A stretch of DNA of 64,000 bases from an uncultured Candidatus Saccharibacteria bacterium (GCA_964350735.1 CAYGKO010000001.1:246578-310577); one strand, 5' to 3'. Positions 1 to 9,561 are shown, counted from the first letter of the stretch. A program made the numbers and translations. The notes: generated by a model from the sequence alone, not told the origin.

Positions 1-1245
1 GTTGATGATGAACTGTTACTAGTTACGACCGATCGGTACGCTAACTTTTCCTACGGGGATGTGATTGCTATCTCCGGTACACTCACCAAACCGGAAGCGT
101 TTGAAACTGATTTAGGACGAACTTTTAATTATCCAGGCTACTTACAAGCGCAAGGAGTTGAATACTTGATTCGCTATGGCCAGGTGGAGCTGGTGGCATC
201 GGGGCAGGGTAATCCGGTCTTGGCAGGTTTGCTTACCGGGAAGTCGTACTTCCAAGCTTCGCTCGCTGATCTCTTGCCTGAACCCCAACTTGGTCTCGCC
301 GAAGGGCTGCTACTTGGTGAGAAGCGGGCTCTTGGTGATGAGTGGACAGAGATCTTCAGGCGAACGGGGATTATTCATATTGTGGTGCTCTCTGGGTACA
401 ACGTGGCGCTCGTAGTGGCGTTTGTGCTCTACGTACTGTCGGTGTTCTTGCCGCTGCGGGGTCGGTTGTGGTTTGGTATGGCCGCGATTGCAGCGTTTGC
501 CCTGATGGTGGGGCTGTCGGCTACGGTGCTCCGGGCGAGCATTATGGCAGCACTTATTTTGCTCGCCCAAGCGACGGGGCGAATTTATCTTATTACCCGA
601 GCACTGTTATTCACGGCGGTGCTGATGGTACTTTTCAATCCGTATATTTTGATTTATGACCCAGGTTTCCAGCTTTCTTTTTTAGCAACGCTTGGGTTGA
701 TCGTAGGGGCGCCCTGGCTGCAGGCGAAGTTGGGGTTTGTGCCAAGCGCGATTGGGGTGCGTGAGTTTCTGACTGCCACAGTGATCACACAAATTTTTGT
801 ATTGCCGCTCTTGCTGTGGCAGATCGGAGAGTTTTCGGTGGTATCGGTGTTGGTAAATGTATTGGTGTTGCCATTGGTTCCGGTCGCGATGTTGCTGACC
901 TTCATCACTGGTATGACGGCGCTGTTGTCTCCGACGCTAGCGTTACCGTTCGCGCACCTTACTGCTTGGTCACTGACGTATATTTTAGCGGTCGCAGAGT
1001 GGTTCGCTGGCTTACCATTTGCTGCGTTTACGGTACCAGCCTTTCCATTTTGGTTAGTAATAGTGAGTTATCTATTGCTTGGAAGTCTGTGTTATTGGTT
1101 GTGGTGCCGGATGCAAGTTGGACCGACAGCATCAAACTCTGTAGCTGGTTGGACGATTGTGGAGGAGGGGGATATACAGGAAACAAAAGACGGCGAGGAA
1201 GCTGAAGCTTCCTCGCCGTCTGAGGTTCCAATTTTCTTCCGCTGA
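1..1245 (+). CDS. comEC: ComEC/Rec2 competence-domain membrane protein; 5' end lies outside the window (first half of a split ComEC)
   Basis: Frame 1 is open back to nt 1. Motif GLLLGEKRALGDEWTEIFRRTGIIHIVVLSGYNVALV is the ComEC Competence domain, followed by many TM helices. The listed GTG at 61 is probably internal. Confidence 0.85.
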   Translation, partial: VDDELLLVTTDRYANFSYGDVIAISGTLTKPEAFETDLGRTFNYPGYLQAQGVEYLIRYGQVELVASGQGNPVLAGLLTGKSYFQASLADLLPEPQLGLAEGLLLGEKRALGDEWTEIFRRTGIIHIVVLSGYNVALVVAFVLYVLSVFLPLRGRLWFGMAAIAAFALMVGLSATVLRASIMAALILLAQATGRIYLITRALLFTAVLMVLFNPYILIYDPGFQLSFLATLGLIVGAPWLQAKLGFVPSAIGVREFLTATVITQIFVLPLLLWQIGEFSVVSVLVNVLVLPLVPVAMLLTFITGMTALLSPTLALPFAHLTAWSLTYILAVAEWFAGLPFAAFTVPAFPFWLVIVSYLLLGSLCYWLWCRMQVGPTASNSVAGWTIVEEGDIQETKDGEEAEASSPSEVPIFFR

Positions 1246-1809
1246 TTAAACGCGTGCCGCCACCACTTCCCAGTTGAGGTTGTTAAACCAGGCGTCGATG
1301 TAGTCACCTTTGGCTGAGGGCAGGAAGTCACGCATGTATGAGTGCTCCCACATATCAAGCGCAAGAACCATATCGACGTCGCCGAGTTGTCCTTGGTGCT
1401 GCTCATCTACCCATGTCTGCACGAGCTGATTCGTGGTTCGATCGATGTAGAGCATGGCCCAGCCAACCCCTCGCGTTTTGGCAATGGTGGCAAAGCGCTC
1501 CTTCCAGACGTCAAAGCTGCCCCATTGCGTCTCGATCAGGTCTTTCAAAGTTCCATTTGGCAGCGCTTTAGTACCGCCTTCAAACTGAGCAAAGTAGTAC
1601 TCGTGGTTTTTCATACCACCAAACTCAAACCCGAGCCGTCGCTGCATCTCGGCTTGTGCGTAGCTGTTGTCGTCATCAACTGTAAGCATCGTTTCGCGAA
1701 TCAGGTTGACGTGCTTCACGTAGCCAGCGTAGAGGCCGAGGTGTAAGTCGATGCTTTCACGGGAAATGCCGCTAAGTTCAGGAATATCAAAGGTTTTTGC
1801 TTCGTACAT
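1246..1809 (-). CDS. sod: Fe/Mn-family superoxide dismutase
   Basis: DMWEHSYMRDF is the Fe/Mn SOD signature (DxWEHAYY); length 187 aa; metal-ligand His residues are positioned N-terminally. Confidence 0.9.
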   Translation of the reverse strand: MYEAKTFDIPELSGISRESIDLHLGLYAGYVKHVNLIRETMLTVDDDNSYAQAEMQRRLGFEFGGMKNHEYYFAQFEGGTKALPNGTLKDLIETQWGSFDVWKERFATIAKTRGVGWAMLYIDRTTNQLVQTWVDEQHQGQLGDVDMVLALDMWEHSYMRDFLPSAKGDYIDAWFNNLNWEVVAARV

Positions 1810-1830
1810 AGTTACTAGTGGTTATTTCTA

Positions 1831-2730
1831 ATGCCGGCATTGTATCATAAGGACTATATGGATGATGTGGTGATACGAATTCGTTTGTTGGTGCTGTTAG
1901 TTCTACTCAGTGCAGCAGGGTTTATATGGATGGGCGTCTGGGGACAGACAGCTGATGCGACCGAGACTTCATTTCTTCAGGTGCAGTTTTTGGATGTTGG
2001 GCAAGGGGACGCGATTTTAATACAGGCCCCAACGGGAGAAGTGATGCTCGTAGACGGTGGACGTGACGCTGGAGTAGTGCGACAGCTCAGTCAGGAATTA
2101 GGGTGGTTTGATCGTGATATTGATGTGCTCGTGAGTACGCATCCAGACTTAGATCACATCGGTGGGTTGGTTGATGTGCTAGCGCGTTATACAGTCGGCA
2201 CTATTGTTACTACTGAAAACACGGGCGAAAGTTTGGCCGCTGCTGCCTATGCAGACGGGGTGCAAACTGAAGGTGCCGCGATTGTATTTGCCCGAGCGGG
2301 GCAAGTCATTCATTTAGGGGCATCGACGACCGTGCGCGTATTGTCGCCGGCGCAAAACCCAGCTCAACTCGAGAGTAATGCCAGCTCAATTGTGCTGCAG
2401 GTGCAGTACGGTGAGATCGAATTTATGCTCACAGGAGACGCACCGAAAGGGATTGAAGATTATTTGGTGACCCAGCATGGTGCGACACTCGAAAGTGAAG
2501 TGTTGAAGCTCGGACATCATGGTTCAGACACCTCAACCTCAGCCATATTTTTAGAAGCAGTCAGTCCAACCTATGGCGTTGTGTCAGCAGGGAAAGACAA
2601 TCGTTACGGGCATCCTCATCCAGACGTAGTAGCGCGCGCCAGCGCAGCTGGCGCGCGAGTCATCTCAACGGCCGAGTCTGGAACTGTTTCATTTGCAACT
2701 GATGGTACGTCAGTATGGCAACAACATTAA
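1831..2730 (+). CDS. ComEC-type metallo-beta-lactamase domain protein (second half of split ComEC); ATG at 1858 has the better RBS (AAGGA)
   Basis: LDVGQGDAILIQ...VDGG...STHPDLDHIGG...LKLGHHGSDTS...NRYGHPH matches the ComEC C-terminal MBL domain exactly; N-terminal TM helix. Confidence 0.85.
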   Translation: MPALYHKDYMDDVVIRIRLLVLLVLLSAAGFIWMGVWGQTADATETSFLQVQFLDVGQGDAILIQAPTGEVMLVDGGRDAGVVRQLSQELGWFDRDIDVLVSTHPDLDHIGGLVDVLARYTVGTIVTTENTGESLAAAAYADGVQTEGAAIVFARAGQVIHLGASTTVRVLSPAQNPAQLESNASSIVLQVQYGEIEFMLTGDAPKGIEDYLVTQHGATLESEVLKLGHHGSDTSTSAIFLEAVSPTYGVVSAGKDNRYGHPHPDVVARASAAGARVISTAESGTVSFATDGTSVWQQH

Positions 2731-2772
2731 AATCTTGTGATAACCTTAAAGGATTACTCGTAGAAAATTTTT

Positions 2773-4458
2773 ATGTGTACGTACAACCTTAAAAAATCAT
2801 TGTTAGCATTTATCGTCGTTAGTGTTCTTGGGGTTAGCTTCGTTGTTCCATTTCCAGTCCATGCCCAAGCAGAAAACATGGATCGTGAGCAGATCATATC
2901 GCTCATTATGCAATTATTGGCAACGTTACAGACACAGTCGACTACGGCGTCACCAACCTTTGGTACTTCTCCTGAAGGAGGTTTCACATCATCAGGCTTT
3001 AGTGTTGGTGATGAAGTGAAAACTTCCGCTATCTTGCGGGTTCGTTCTGGACCAGGTGTAAATAATAGTTTAGTGAATAACATAGCGGCGTACACCACTG
3101 GCTCAATCGTGAGCGGCCCAAGATACGCCGATGGGTATACGTGGTGGTTAGTCCAATACAATAACGGTACGCGAGGTTGGAGTGCTGAAGGGTGGTTTAC
3201 AAAGCTTTCAAAGAACAATGTAACCCCATTAGTATTGGAAGATGTTTCGGTCACCGTTGCGGATCCCGATTCTGGAGATGTATATGAATATGGGGATCGA
3301 TTGACTGTTACATGGAACCAACAGGGTTCAGTACCAAGAAATAGCGAAGCGTGCGTTACGCTCTATAATGTACGTACAAAAAATTCCTTTGCTTTTCCAC
3401 CTAGTGGTGCAGGTTGTGTAGATATAGCTGGTGAAGAGCCGCAGAGTGGCGTTAGTGCTGAAGTGATTAGAAATTCTGGATACGACCTAGGTCCTGGAAA
3501 CTATCGGGCTGTTGTCACTTTGCGTGGACCAGGAGTGGGATACAAAGACGGAGCTATCATTGCAGAAGCTAAAAGTGGTACGTTTTATATAGAAGACGTA
3601 CTTAAGGAAGAGAAAGACTATGACATTGATATTACTTCACCTCGTCGAGGTGCTGCGTATGAAATTGGCGATAGAATCACAGTGAAATGGGACCATAATG
3701 ATCTGGAAGATGATGTGTTGAACGTCACGCTGCTTGGTCCACTTGATGGATATAAAGCAGAGCGACATATGGTGCAAAGTTATCTAATTGATAAAGGCTC
3801 AGCTTCATTTACAATTCCAGAAGCTGATAGCTTGGGGAGAGTTCGAGAAGGTCGCTACGAACTCTCTGTGTGGGTGACAAATATTAAAGATGGTAGTGCA
3901 AAGTCAGTGTCTGATGATGTGGTAATTGAAATCAATGACAAAAAGGATGTGAGTGCCGTAGATATTGAGTTTATTGATAACGATACGCGGATCAAGACAA
4001 GCTCACCTGCGCTGGGTGAATGGGGTAACTTTACGGTTGAGTTTGAGATTATTGCTGGAGATGAAGATGTATGGATAAAAAATTCACTTTATGGAACCCA
4101 TCAAAATAATTCTAGTTCGCTGTATCAGCCCAAGTATAGCGTTATGAAAGATGGTGAAGTTGTAAGCAACTTCACTGGTAACTTTTCGTCTATGCAGCCT
4201 GGCTTCCTTAGTACCGCTTCCTATGCATACCCAATTGCTGACGAAAAAAATGATAATTATTACGTTGTAAAAGCGGGGGACAGTGAAAAATTTACAGTTG
4301 ATATCACGATGACAGTAAAGGAATCCGCAGATTATCAAGTTCATATAGAGGGTCCACTGTATGTGAAGACTAAGTCTGGAGATACGGTTGTTCTCAATAT
4401 TGATGAAGATGAATTCAGGACGGCTGAGCTTTATATTGAAGGAGAAGACTCACTGTAA
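2773..4458 (+). CDS. secreted protein with bacterial SH3-like domain and repeated Ig-like modules
   Basis: Signal peptide MCTYNLKKSLLAFIVVSVLGVSFVVPFPVHA. SH3b-like segment RVRSGPGVNNS...GYTWWLVQYNNGTRGWSAEGWF. Internal repeats GDRLTVTWNQQG / GDRITVKWDHND. Confidence 0.6.
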   Translation: MCTYNLKKSLLAFIVVSVLGVSFVVPFPVHAQAENMDREQIISLIMQLLATLQTQSTTASPTFGTSPEGGFTSSGFSVGDEVKTSAILRVRSGPGVNNSLVNNIAAYTTGSIVSGPRYADGYTWWLVQYNNGTRGWSAEGWFTKLSKNNVTPLVLEDVSVTVADPDSGDVYEYGDRLTVTWNQQGSVPRNSEACVTLYNVRTKNSFAFPPSGAGCVDIAGEEPQSGVSAEVIRNSGYDLGPGNYRAVVTLRGPGVGYKDGAIIAEAKSGTFYIEDVLKEEKDYDIDITSPRRGAAYEIGDRITVKWDHNDLEDDVLNVTLLGPLDGYKAERHMVQSYLIDKGSASFTIPEADSLGRVREGRYELSVWVTNIKDGSAKSVSDDVVIEINDKKDVSAVDIEFIDNDTRIKTSSPALGEWGNFTVEFEIIAGDEDVWIKNSLYGTHQNNSSSLYQPKYSVMKDGEVVSNFTGNFSSMQPGFLSTASYAYPIADEKNDNYYVVKAGDSEKFTVDITMTVKESADYQVHIEGPLYVKTKSGDTVVLNIDEDEFRTAELYIEGEDSL

Positions 4459-4467
4459 AAGATAACA

Positions 4468-4500
4468 AAAAAGACCGGCGCTGTGCGCCGGTCTTTTTTG
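4468..4500. terminator. bidirectional rho-independent terminator between 2773..4458 (+) and rpmB (-)
   Basis: GACCGGCGC-tgt-GCGCCGGTC stem flanked by A-run and T-run. Confidence 0.8.
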
Positions 4501-4517
4501 TTTTTCTCTGAGAGAGA

Positions 4518-4760
4518 CTAGATGAGCTTTGCTGCTTTGAGGACCTTGTAGGCGCCGTTCTTGGCGATAGTCCGAAGTCCTTTAGTAGAAACGTTTACTA
4601 CCACGTGCTTATCAAGCTCTGGTACGAAGATGCGCTTCTTTTGGAGGTTTGGCTGTCGCTTTACCTTCCCGCATGGGTTAAATTGCGTCGCACGAGTACG
4701 GTTACTGTAGCGTCCGCCGATTTGGGTTTTCTTCCCGGTGATTTCACATTGCTTTGCCAT
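4518..4760 (-). CDS. rpmB: 50S ribosomal protein L28
   Basis: MAKQCEITGKK...NRTRATQFNPCGKVKRQPNLQKKRI matches the L28 pattern CxxTGK...N.S.A.N..KR.F.PNLQ. Confidence 0.85.
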   Translation of the reverse strand: MAKQCEITGKKTQIGGRYSNRTRATQFNPCGKVKRQPNLQKKRIFVPELDKHVVVNVSTKGLRTIAKNGAYKVLKAAKLI

Positions 4761-4868
4761 AAATAGATTTGTTTAGCCCGGGCATAGTACCATACCCCAT
4801 TAAATCTGCAAGGAGATTTACATCAGGTCTAGTGGCTCACAATAACTTCGTGGTATACTCGATCCACT

Positions 4869-5498
4869 ATGGATTCTGCTGCAATGCTCATCGTCCTTAT
4901 ATTGTCTATCGTGCTGCATGAAATTGCACACGGCTATGCGGCGTTCAAGTTAGGTGATCCAACCGCCAAGCTGCAGGGGCGACTATCGCTCAATCCAATC
5001 GTTCATATCGACCCGCTGATGTCGATTATTGTGCCAGGAATGTTGTTCTTGAGTGGTTCATCATTTCTCTTTGGGGCCGCCAAGCCAGTCCCCTACAACC
5101 CCTACAACCTGACTGACCAAAAGTACGGCGAAGCCAAAGTGGCGGCGGCTGGCCCAGCGGCCAATATCCTGATTGCACTTATTTTTGCGATTATCCTGCG
5201 TTTCGCTGATGTACTAGCTCTGCCAGCCGCGTTTATTGAGCTATCGTTTGGGATCATTACCCTTAATATTTTCCTGGCGGTCTTTAACCTGCTTCCGATC
5301 CCACCGCTTGATGGATCAAAGATTCTCCCTGTTTTCTTGCCGTACAATCTCCAAATGAAGTATCGGGACTTAATGCGCAGTATGGAACGCAATATCTTTG
5401 CGTCGTTTGCGATAATTTTCCTAGTAGTTGCACTCTTTCTGGGCGGACCACTCTATGCATTGACTATCAGTATCGCTGGCTTGTTTGTTGGGTTTTAA
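4869..5498 (+). CDS. site-2 protease family (peptidase M50) intramembrane zinc metalloprotease
   Basis: HEIAHGY HExxH motif in the first TM helix; LPIPPLDGSKI (the LDG motif); polytopic membrane protein. Preceded by TGGTATACT extended -10. Confidence 0.8.
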   Translation: MDSAAMLIVLILSIVLHEIAHGYAAFKLGDPTAKLQGRLSLNPIVHIDPLMSIIVPGMLFLSGSSFLFGAAKPVPYNPYNLTDQKYGEAKVAAAGPAANILIALIFAIILRFADVLALPAAFIELSFGIITLNIFLAVFNLLPIPPLDGSKILPVFLPYNLQMKYRDLMRSMERNIFASFAIIFLVVALFLGGPLYALTISIAGLFVGF

Positions 5499-5538
5499 AC
5501 TAAACCGACTAGACTAAGTGAGTATCAAAATTGAAAAA

Positions 5539-5648
5539 CCTGGCGGAAGGCCCGTAGCCGGAGTAAGCTGCTGCGTCAGCGTCCGCCAGGACAGCAGCTT
5601 TCTACGGGCCTGAGCCGAGCGTGTTTCCCGCCGGGGAAACAACGCGTG
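5539..5648 (+). ncRNA. candidate structured RNA element / leader upstream of rpsL (alternative mutually exclusive helices)
   Basis: CCTGGCGGA(5539)...TCCGCCAGG(5582) stem is mutually exclusive with GGCCCGTAG+AAGCTGCTG...CAGCAGCTT+CTACGGGCC long helix. Downstream GTTTCCCgccgGGGAAAC hairpin. Sits in a 220 nt intergenic region. Confidence 0.35.
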
Positions 5649-5718
5649 TTATTCAATTTTCGATACGAGCGTTCACCTTGCAAAACCCCCAGTTTATAGT
5701 ATTCTGCTCTGGCTACTT

Positions 5719-6132
5719 ATGGCAACAATCAATCAATTAACAAAGAAGCGTCGTCGAGATCCGGCAACCAAGAGTAAGCGCGCTGCGCTGCACACTGGGT
5801 TCAATAAGATCAAAAACGAACCAAACAGCTACACCTCTCCATTTAAGCGGGGAGTGTGTACGCGAGTAACTACTAAGACTCCACGTAAGCCGAACTCTGC
5901 GATTCGAAAGATCGCTCGGGTACGACTCACCAACGGTCAGGAAATTACTGCGTATATCCCAGGTATCGGTCACTCACTACAGGAGCACTCAGTGGTTCTA
6001 GTACGAGGAGGACGAGTAAAGGATATTGGTGTGAACTACACTGTAGTTCGAGGTAAGTACGACGCTGGAGGTGTAAGCGACCGACGACGAGGACGTTCTC
6101 GTTACGGAGCTAAGATGCCCAAAGGTGAGTAG
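5719..6132 (+). CDS. rpsL: 30S ribosomal protein S12 (with C-terminal Arg/Gly-rich extension)
   Basis: [10 protein letters not shown]...[45 protein letters not shown] is canonical S12. Confidence 0.95.
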   Translation: MATINQLTKKRRRDPATKSKRAALHTGFNKIKNEPNSYTSPFKRGVCTRVTTKTPRKPNSAIRKIARVRLTNGQEITAYIPGIGHSLQEHSVVLVRGGRVKDIGVNYTVVRGKYDAGGVSDRRRGRSRYGAKMPKGE

Positions 6133-6286
6133 GACAGCGATTCCTAACAATTACAAATAGTTTATATTCGCTACAGATTATCGGATGCGATTCAACCCAA
6201 ATGGGTACGGAATCAAATTATGCGAAGAATGCAGAATTGTTTTCATAATTCTCCATTCTTAATTACCCACATTAAGAAATTACGTC

Positions 6287-6760
6287 ATGCGACGACCAAT
6301 CAAAAAACGACCTGAGGTCAAGCCAGATGTTCAATTTGGTTCAATTGAAGTCGAACGACTCATCAACTACGTGATGCTCAACGGTCAAAAAGAAACTGCC
6401 CGCAAGATCGTGTACTCAGCCTTTGCAGAGATCAAAGATACCAAAGACGGTGGTGGTGAACCACTAGAAATCTTTGACACTGCACTGAAAAATGCGGGTC
6501 CTTCGATGGAAGTTCGCTCACGCCGAGTTGGTGGAGCAAACTACCAGGTACCACGTGAAGTTCGACCAGAACGACGCGTTGCGCTCGGCTTGCGCTGGAT
6601 TATTGCAGCTGCTCGGGGACAAAAAGGTATCCCAATGCACAAAGCACTCGCTTCAGAACTTATGCTTGCAGCAAAGGAAGAAGGGAATGCCGTGAAGAAG
6701 AAAGAAGATACACACAAGATGGCAGAAGCTAACCGAGCCTTTGCTCACTTCGCTTTCTAA
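6287..6760 (+). CDS. rpsG: 30S ribosomal protein S7
   Basis: MRRPIKKRPEVKPD...VERLINYVMLNGQKETARKIVY...MEVRSRRVGGANYQVP is canonical S7. Confidence 0.95.
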   Translation: MRRPIKKRPEVKPDVQFGSIEVERLINYVMLNGQKETARKIVYSAFAEIKDTKDGGGEPLEIFDTALKNAGPSMEVRSRRVGGANYQVPREVRPERRVALGLRWIIAAARGQKGIPMHKALASELMLAAKEEGNAVKKKEDTHKMAEANRAFAHFAF

Positions 6761-6790
6761 CAGAGATTTTCTGCACGATGCCGCGTTAAA

Positions 6791-6852
6791 AGGCCTAAAA
6801 ATTTGTGAGCCTTACTTAGCGTAAGGTGAACAAATTTTTAGGCCTTTTGCCT
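6791..6852 (+). terminator. long hairpin terminator after rpsG (fusA does not follow)
   Basis: AGGCCTAAAAATTTGT...ACAAATTTTTAGGCCT perfect 16 bp inverted repeat with an internal CCTTAC/GTAAGG sub-hairpin, then a T-rich tract. Confidence 0.7.
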
Positions 6853-6968
6853 TGCCTCGTTTTGAAAATTTCTGTTACAAAAAGCACCCACGGGGGGGCT
6901 TTTTGTTTGTGTTTTTCTCAGCAGCTGGTATAAAAGTGCAGCCCAATTGAAAAAGAAAGGAGGGTGAG

Positions 6969-7403
6969 ATGGAAGAAATTCGCAAAATATTTAACATTCA
7001 ATTCGCCCTTATCTCTTTGATTGTCAATACAATAGCAATCATCTGGGCAAATTCTGATCAGACTGATCGTTTGTATGATTGGTATGTGCTGGCGCATGTT
7101 TTAGCGTCACCATTTCTTGCTGGGTTCACTATGCGGTATACCCAACGAGTTGCTCGGCGCGAGCGTTGGTTGGGCGCGTATAGCCTAGGTTCTGTATGGG
7201 TGGCACTTATTGCCGCTTCAATCATGGGTTCTGTGCACTGGTTGATTGCTACTCCAGACTTATTTTGGACTGCGGTCACTGTATTTGCCCTGAATATTAT
7301 TGCAGGTGTGGCGCTGGTGTTTATCATTCGAAATAAAGGAAAGGTCAATAAGTTCATTATTGTAATTGCTCGCAAAGCAATTCGGTTTGTAGAAGGGCTC
7401 TAG
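6969..7403 (+). CDS. hypothetical integral membrane protein (4 TM)
   Basis: Long ORF with hydrophobic segments; no recognisable motif. Confidence 0.5.
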   Translation: MEEIRKIFNIQFALISLIVNTIAIIWANSDQTDRLYDWYVLAHVLASPFLAGFTMRYTQRVARRERWLGAYSLGSVWVALIAASIMGSVHWLIATPDLFWTAVTVFALNIIAGVALVFIIRNKGKVNKFIIVIARKAIRFVEGL

Positions 7404-7430
7404 TTCAGCGTATGTATTACGAACTAGAGC
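7397..7430. terminator. bidirectional hairpin between convergent genes
   Basis: GCTCTAGTTC-agcgtatgtattac-GAACTAGAGC perfect 10 bp inverted repeat. Confidence 0.6.
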
Positions 7431-7439
7431 CTTTATTGA

Positions 7440-8432
7440 TTACGAGGGGCGGCTACCGAATTTTTTGGCGGTTTTGTATAGGGCGTAGAGGAGCAGGAGT
7501 AGGAGGAGGAGTTGGACGAGTGAGGGGTGACCGAGGATCCAGGAGAGGCCGGCGAGAATGACGGTATAGATAATCGAAAAGGTGGTAGCGATGAATTGCC
7601 AGATGGTAGCTAGCCAGCCAGTAGAAGCGTCTTCAGTATTTTGGGTACGGGTGATGGTGCCGAAACCTTCGGGGGTAGTGGTGCCGGACGACGAGGCGAA
7701 GGAAACGCCCTGCGTTTCCTTCGCCTCGTCGTCGCTAGATCGTTCCGCTCGATACGAATCAAGTTGCCGTTTTGATTCGGTAATGGTTTCAGTCAGGCTT
7801 GCGAGCGCACCATTTGCTCGACTGGGAGTGAGGAACTGTTCGAGGCCAGCTGATTGGTTATCTGTTTCAGATAGAGATGGGCTACTATCTTCTGTTTCAG
7901 CCTCGTTCTCATTTTTTTCAGTTTCGGCTGGTTTGTTAAATAGTAGTGGTTCAGCGTCATCACCATCTGCAATTCCATCGCCGTCATCATCCTGATCGAC
8001 AAGATCACCTGTACCGTCGCTATCAGTATCACGATCAATAAAAATAGTATCTTTGGCTAAGGCAGAGGTAACGATGATTGGCTGAGTTCCGGAAGCAGTT
8101 GAAGAGATTTCCGTTCGGGATAAAGTAGCACTGATAGTACTGGTGCCGTAGCTCGGCGTCCAGTCTCCCCAGCTCTCAATGATACGGCCATCAAGCGCAT
8201 CAATGTTATTACGTTCCACACGCTCTTCGTTTACAAAAAACTCTACGGTACCAGATAAATCAGCCCCAGTATTGTTTCGCACTGCAACATAGACTCGCAC
8301 CGTGTCGCCCACAAAAAATGTGTCTTTGTCATACCAAAGCCCTTGCACAATACCGGCGTTAGAACCTTGCGCCCCACTGACCAGTGGTGTGAAAAGGATG
8401 ATGAGTGCTAGTAAGTATAGACGTAGCGACAT
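7440..8432 (-). CDS. secreted Asp-rich (calcium-binding-like DxDxDG repeats) protein with C-terminal TM / poly-Leu anchor
   Basis: Likely start MSLRLYLLALIILFTPLVSGAQG (signal peptide) at 8432. Segment DTDSDGTGDLVDQDDDGDGIADGDD. C-terminal hydrophobic helix LLLLLLLL followed by a basic tail. Confidence 0.6.
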   Translation of the reverse strand: MSLRLYLLALIILFTPLVSGAQGSNAGIVQGLWYDKDTFFVGDTVRVYVAVRNNTGADLSGTVEFFVNEERVERNNIDALDGRIIESWGDWTPSYGTSTISATLSRTEISSTASGTQPIIVTSALAKDTIFIDRDTDSDGTGDLVDQDDDGDGIADGDDAEPLLFNKPAETEKNENEAETEDSSPSLSETDNQSAGLEQFLTPSRANGALASLTETITESKRQLDSYRAERSSDDEAKETQGVSFASSSGTTTPEGFGTITRTQNTEDASTGWLATIWQFIATTFSIIYTVILAGLSWILGHPSLVQLLLLLLLLYALYKTAKKFGSRPS

Positions 8433-8481
8433 AGTTATTTCATTATACCGGTCTTTTGTGCAGGAGTGGTATACTCGAGCT

Positions 8482-8958
8482 ATGATTCGAAAGTGGATAG
8501 ATATTTTCTTAACCCTCAACTTAATCGGTATGATTCTGTTACTTGGGTACTGGTGGTATACCGGGGTGCTGGTAATTGAGTTTAGACACAATGCACCAGT
8601 GGTTGAGCGCTTTGCTAGTGAAGAACAAACTATTTTTATCGCTACTCTAAGAGGTGATGTAGATCGTGTACTTGGTATTCCAGATCGTGGGTATGAGCCG
8701 TTTATGTTTCTTGCGGTGTTTCCCGGTTTGGTGGAGACAGACTTTGCTAACGTAGAAGCCAGTACGGGACGGTATGTAATTGCTGATGGACGTCTTATGC
8801 ATAAGATTGGCCCTGATCAATTTAGACACGATGCAGCGACTGCTATTTCAGCCGAAGGTATGAAGACCTTGCTCACAAATGTCTCACTCCGGACAGGGAT
8901 TGATCTTGAAGCCGGCGGTACTATTACTGAGATAATGGCTGCCATTAGTAATGAATAA
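8482..8958 (+). CDS. hypothetical membrane-anchored protein
   Basis: Start MIRKWIDIFLTLNLIGMILLLGYWW (TM) preceded by TGGTATACTCGAGCT; the upstream part of listed ORF 8302.. overlaps the convergent gene and is probably not translated. Confidence 0.5.
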   Translation: MIRKWIDIFLTLNLIGMILLLGYWWYTGVLVIEFRHNAPVVERFASEEQTIFIATLRGDVDRVLGIPDRGYEPFMFLAVFPGLVETDFANVEASTGRYVIADGRLMHKIGPDQFRHDAATAISAEGMKTLLTNVSLRTGIDLEAGGTITEIMAAISNE

Positions 8959-8967
8959 TATTTTTTT

Positions 8968-9561
8968 ATGTATAAATCACTAGGATTAGGAATTTTGATT
9001 GGCGTACTAGGAACATTTGTTGGTCTACACGTTTGTGACCTGTGGCAGTCTGATATTGATATGCAAAACGAGCGTATCGCCACCTACTACGCGACTGAGT
9101 CAGCAACGCTTGTTAGTCCGCATAATATTCGAGAACGGATGAGTCACGGGAAAGAGGATTTTGTATTAGTAGATGTGCGTACGCAGGAAGATTACGAGCG
9201 TGAGCATGTTGTCGGAGCGATTAATATTGATACTGGCCGAGCTCTAGATGTGATCTTGAGTGATTTCCAAAAGCTACTCGCAGAAAACCCAAATAAAGAA
9301 ATCATTATTTATTGTTACAGCGCAGCTTGTATGAATGGACGTAAAGCCGGTAACTTCCTAGCTGAAAATGATATTTACGTGAAAGAAATGACGGTAGGCT
9401 GGAACGAATGGCGTTATGGTTGGGAGATGTGGAACTACGACAACGAATGGGCTATTCATAAGGTAGAAGATTATGTAGTGAGTGGCACCGAGCCAGGTAC
9501 ATTAGATCCAAATCTAGAGTCAATCGCCCCTTGCCCGATTGATGGTGAGTTGAGCTGCTAG
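8968..9561 (+). CDS. rhodanese-domain sulfurtransferase, membrane-anchored
   Basis: N-terminal TM; LVDVRTQEDYEREHVVGAINI and active-site loop IIIYCYSAACMNGRKA (catalytic Cys). Confidence 0.75.
   Translation: MYKSLGLGILIGVLGTFVGLHVCDLWQSDIDMQNERIATYYATESATLVSPHNIRERMSHGKEDFVLVDVRTQEDYEREHVVGAINIDTGRALDVILSDFQKLLAENPNKEIIIYCYSAACMNGRKAGNFLAENDIYVKEMTVGWNEWRYGWEMWNYDNEWAIHKVEDYVVSGTEPGTLDPNLESIAPCPIDGELSC

Noticed and set aside
176-1406. Listed ORFs 176..415, 310..570(-), 342..659, 654..908(-), 816..1205, 1028..1231(-), 1092..1406(-) and 1338..1746(+)
   Set aside because: All lie inside or antisense to the well-supported comEC and sod genes and have no motifs; they are typical overprinting artefacts of GC-rich coding DNA.
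5539-5610. Possible SRP (4.5S) RNA: CCGGAGTAAGCTGC vaguely resembles the domain IV CCGGAAGGAAGCAGC
   Set aside because: The rest of the helix-8 consensus (GNRA apex, 3' strand GCAGAUGACGCG motif) is not present; left as generic structured element.
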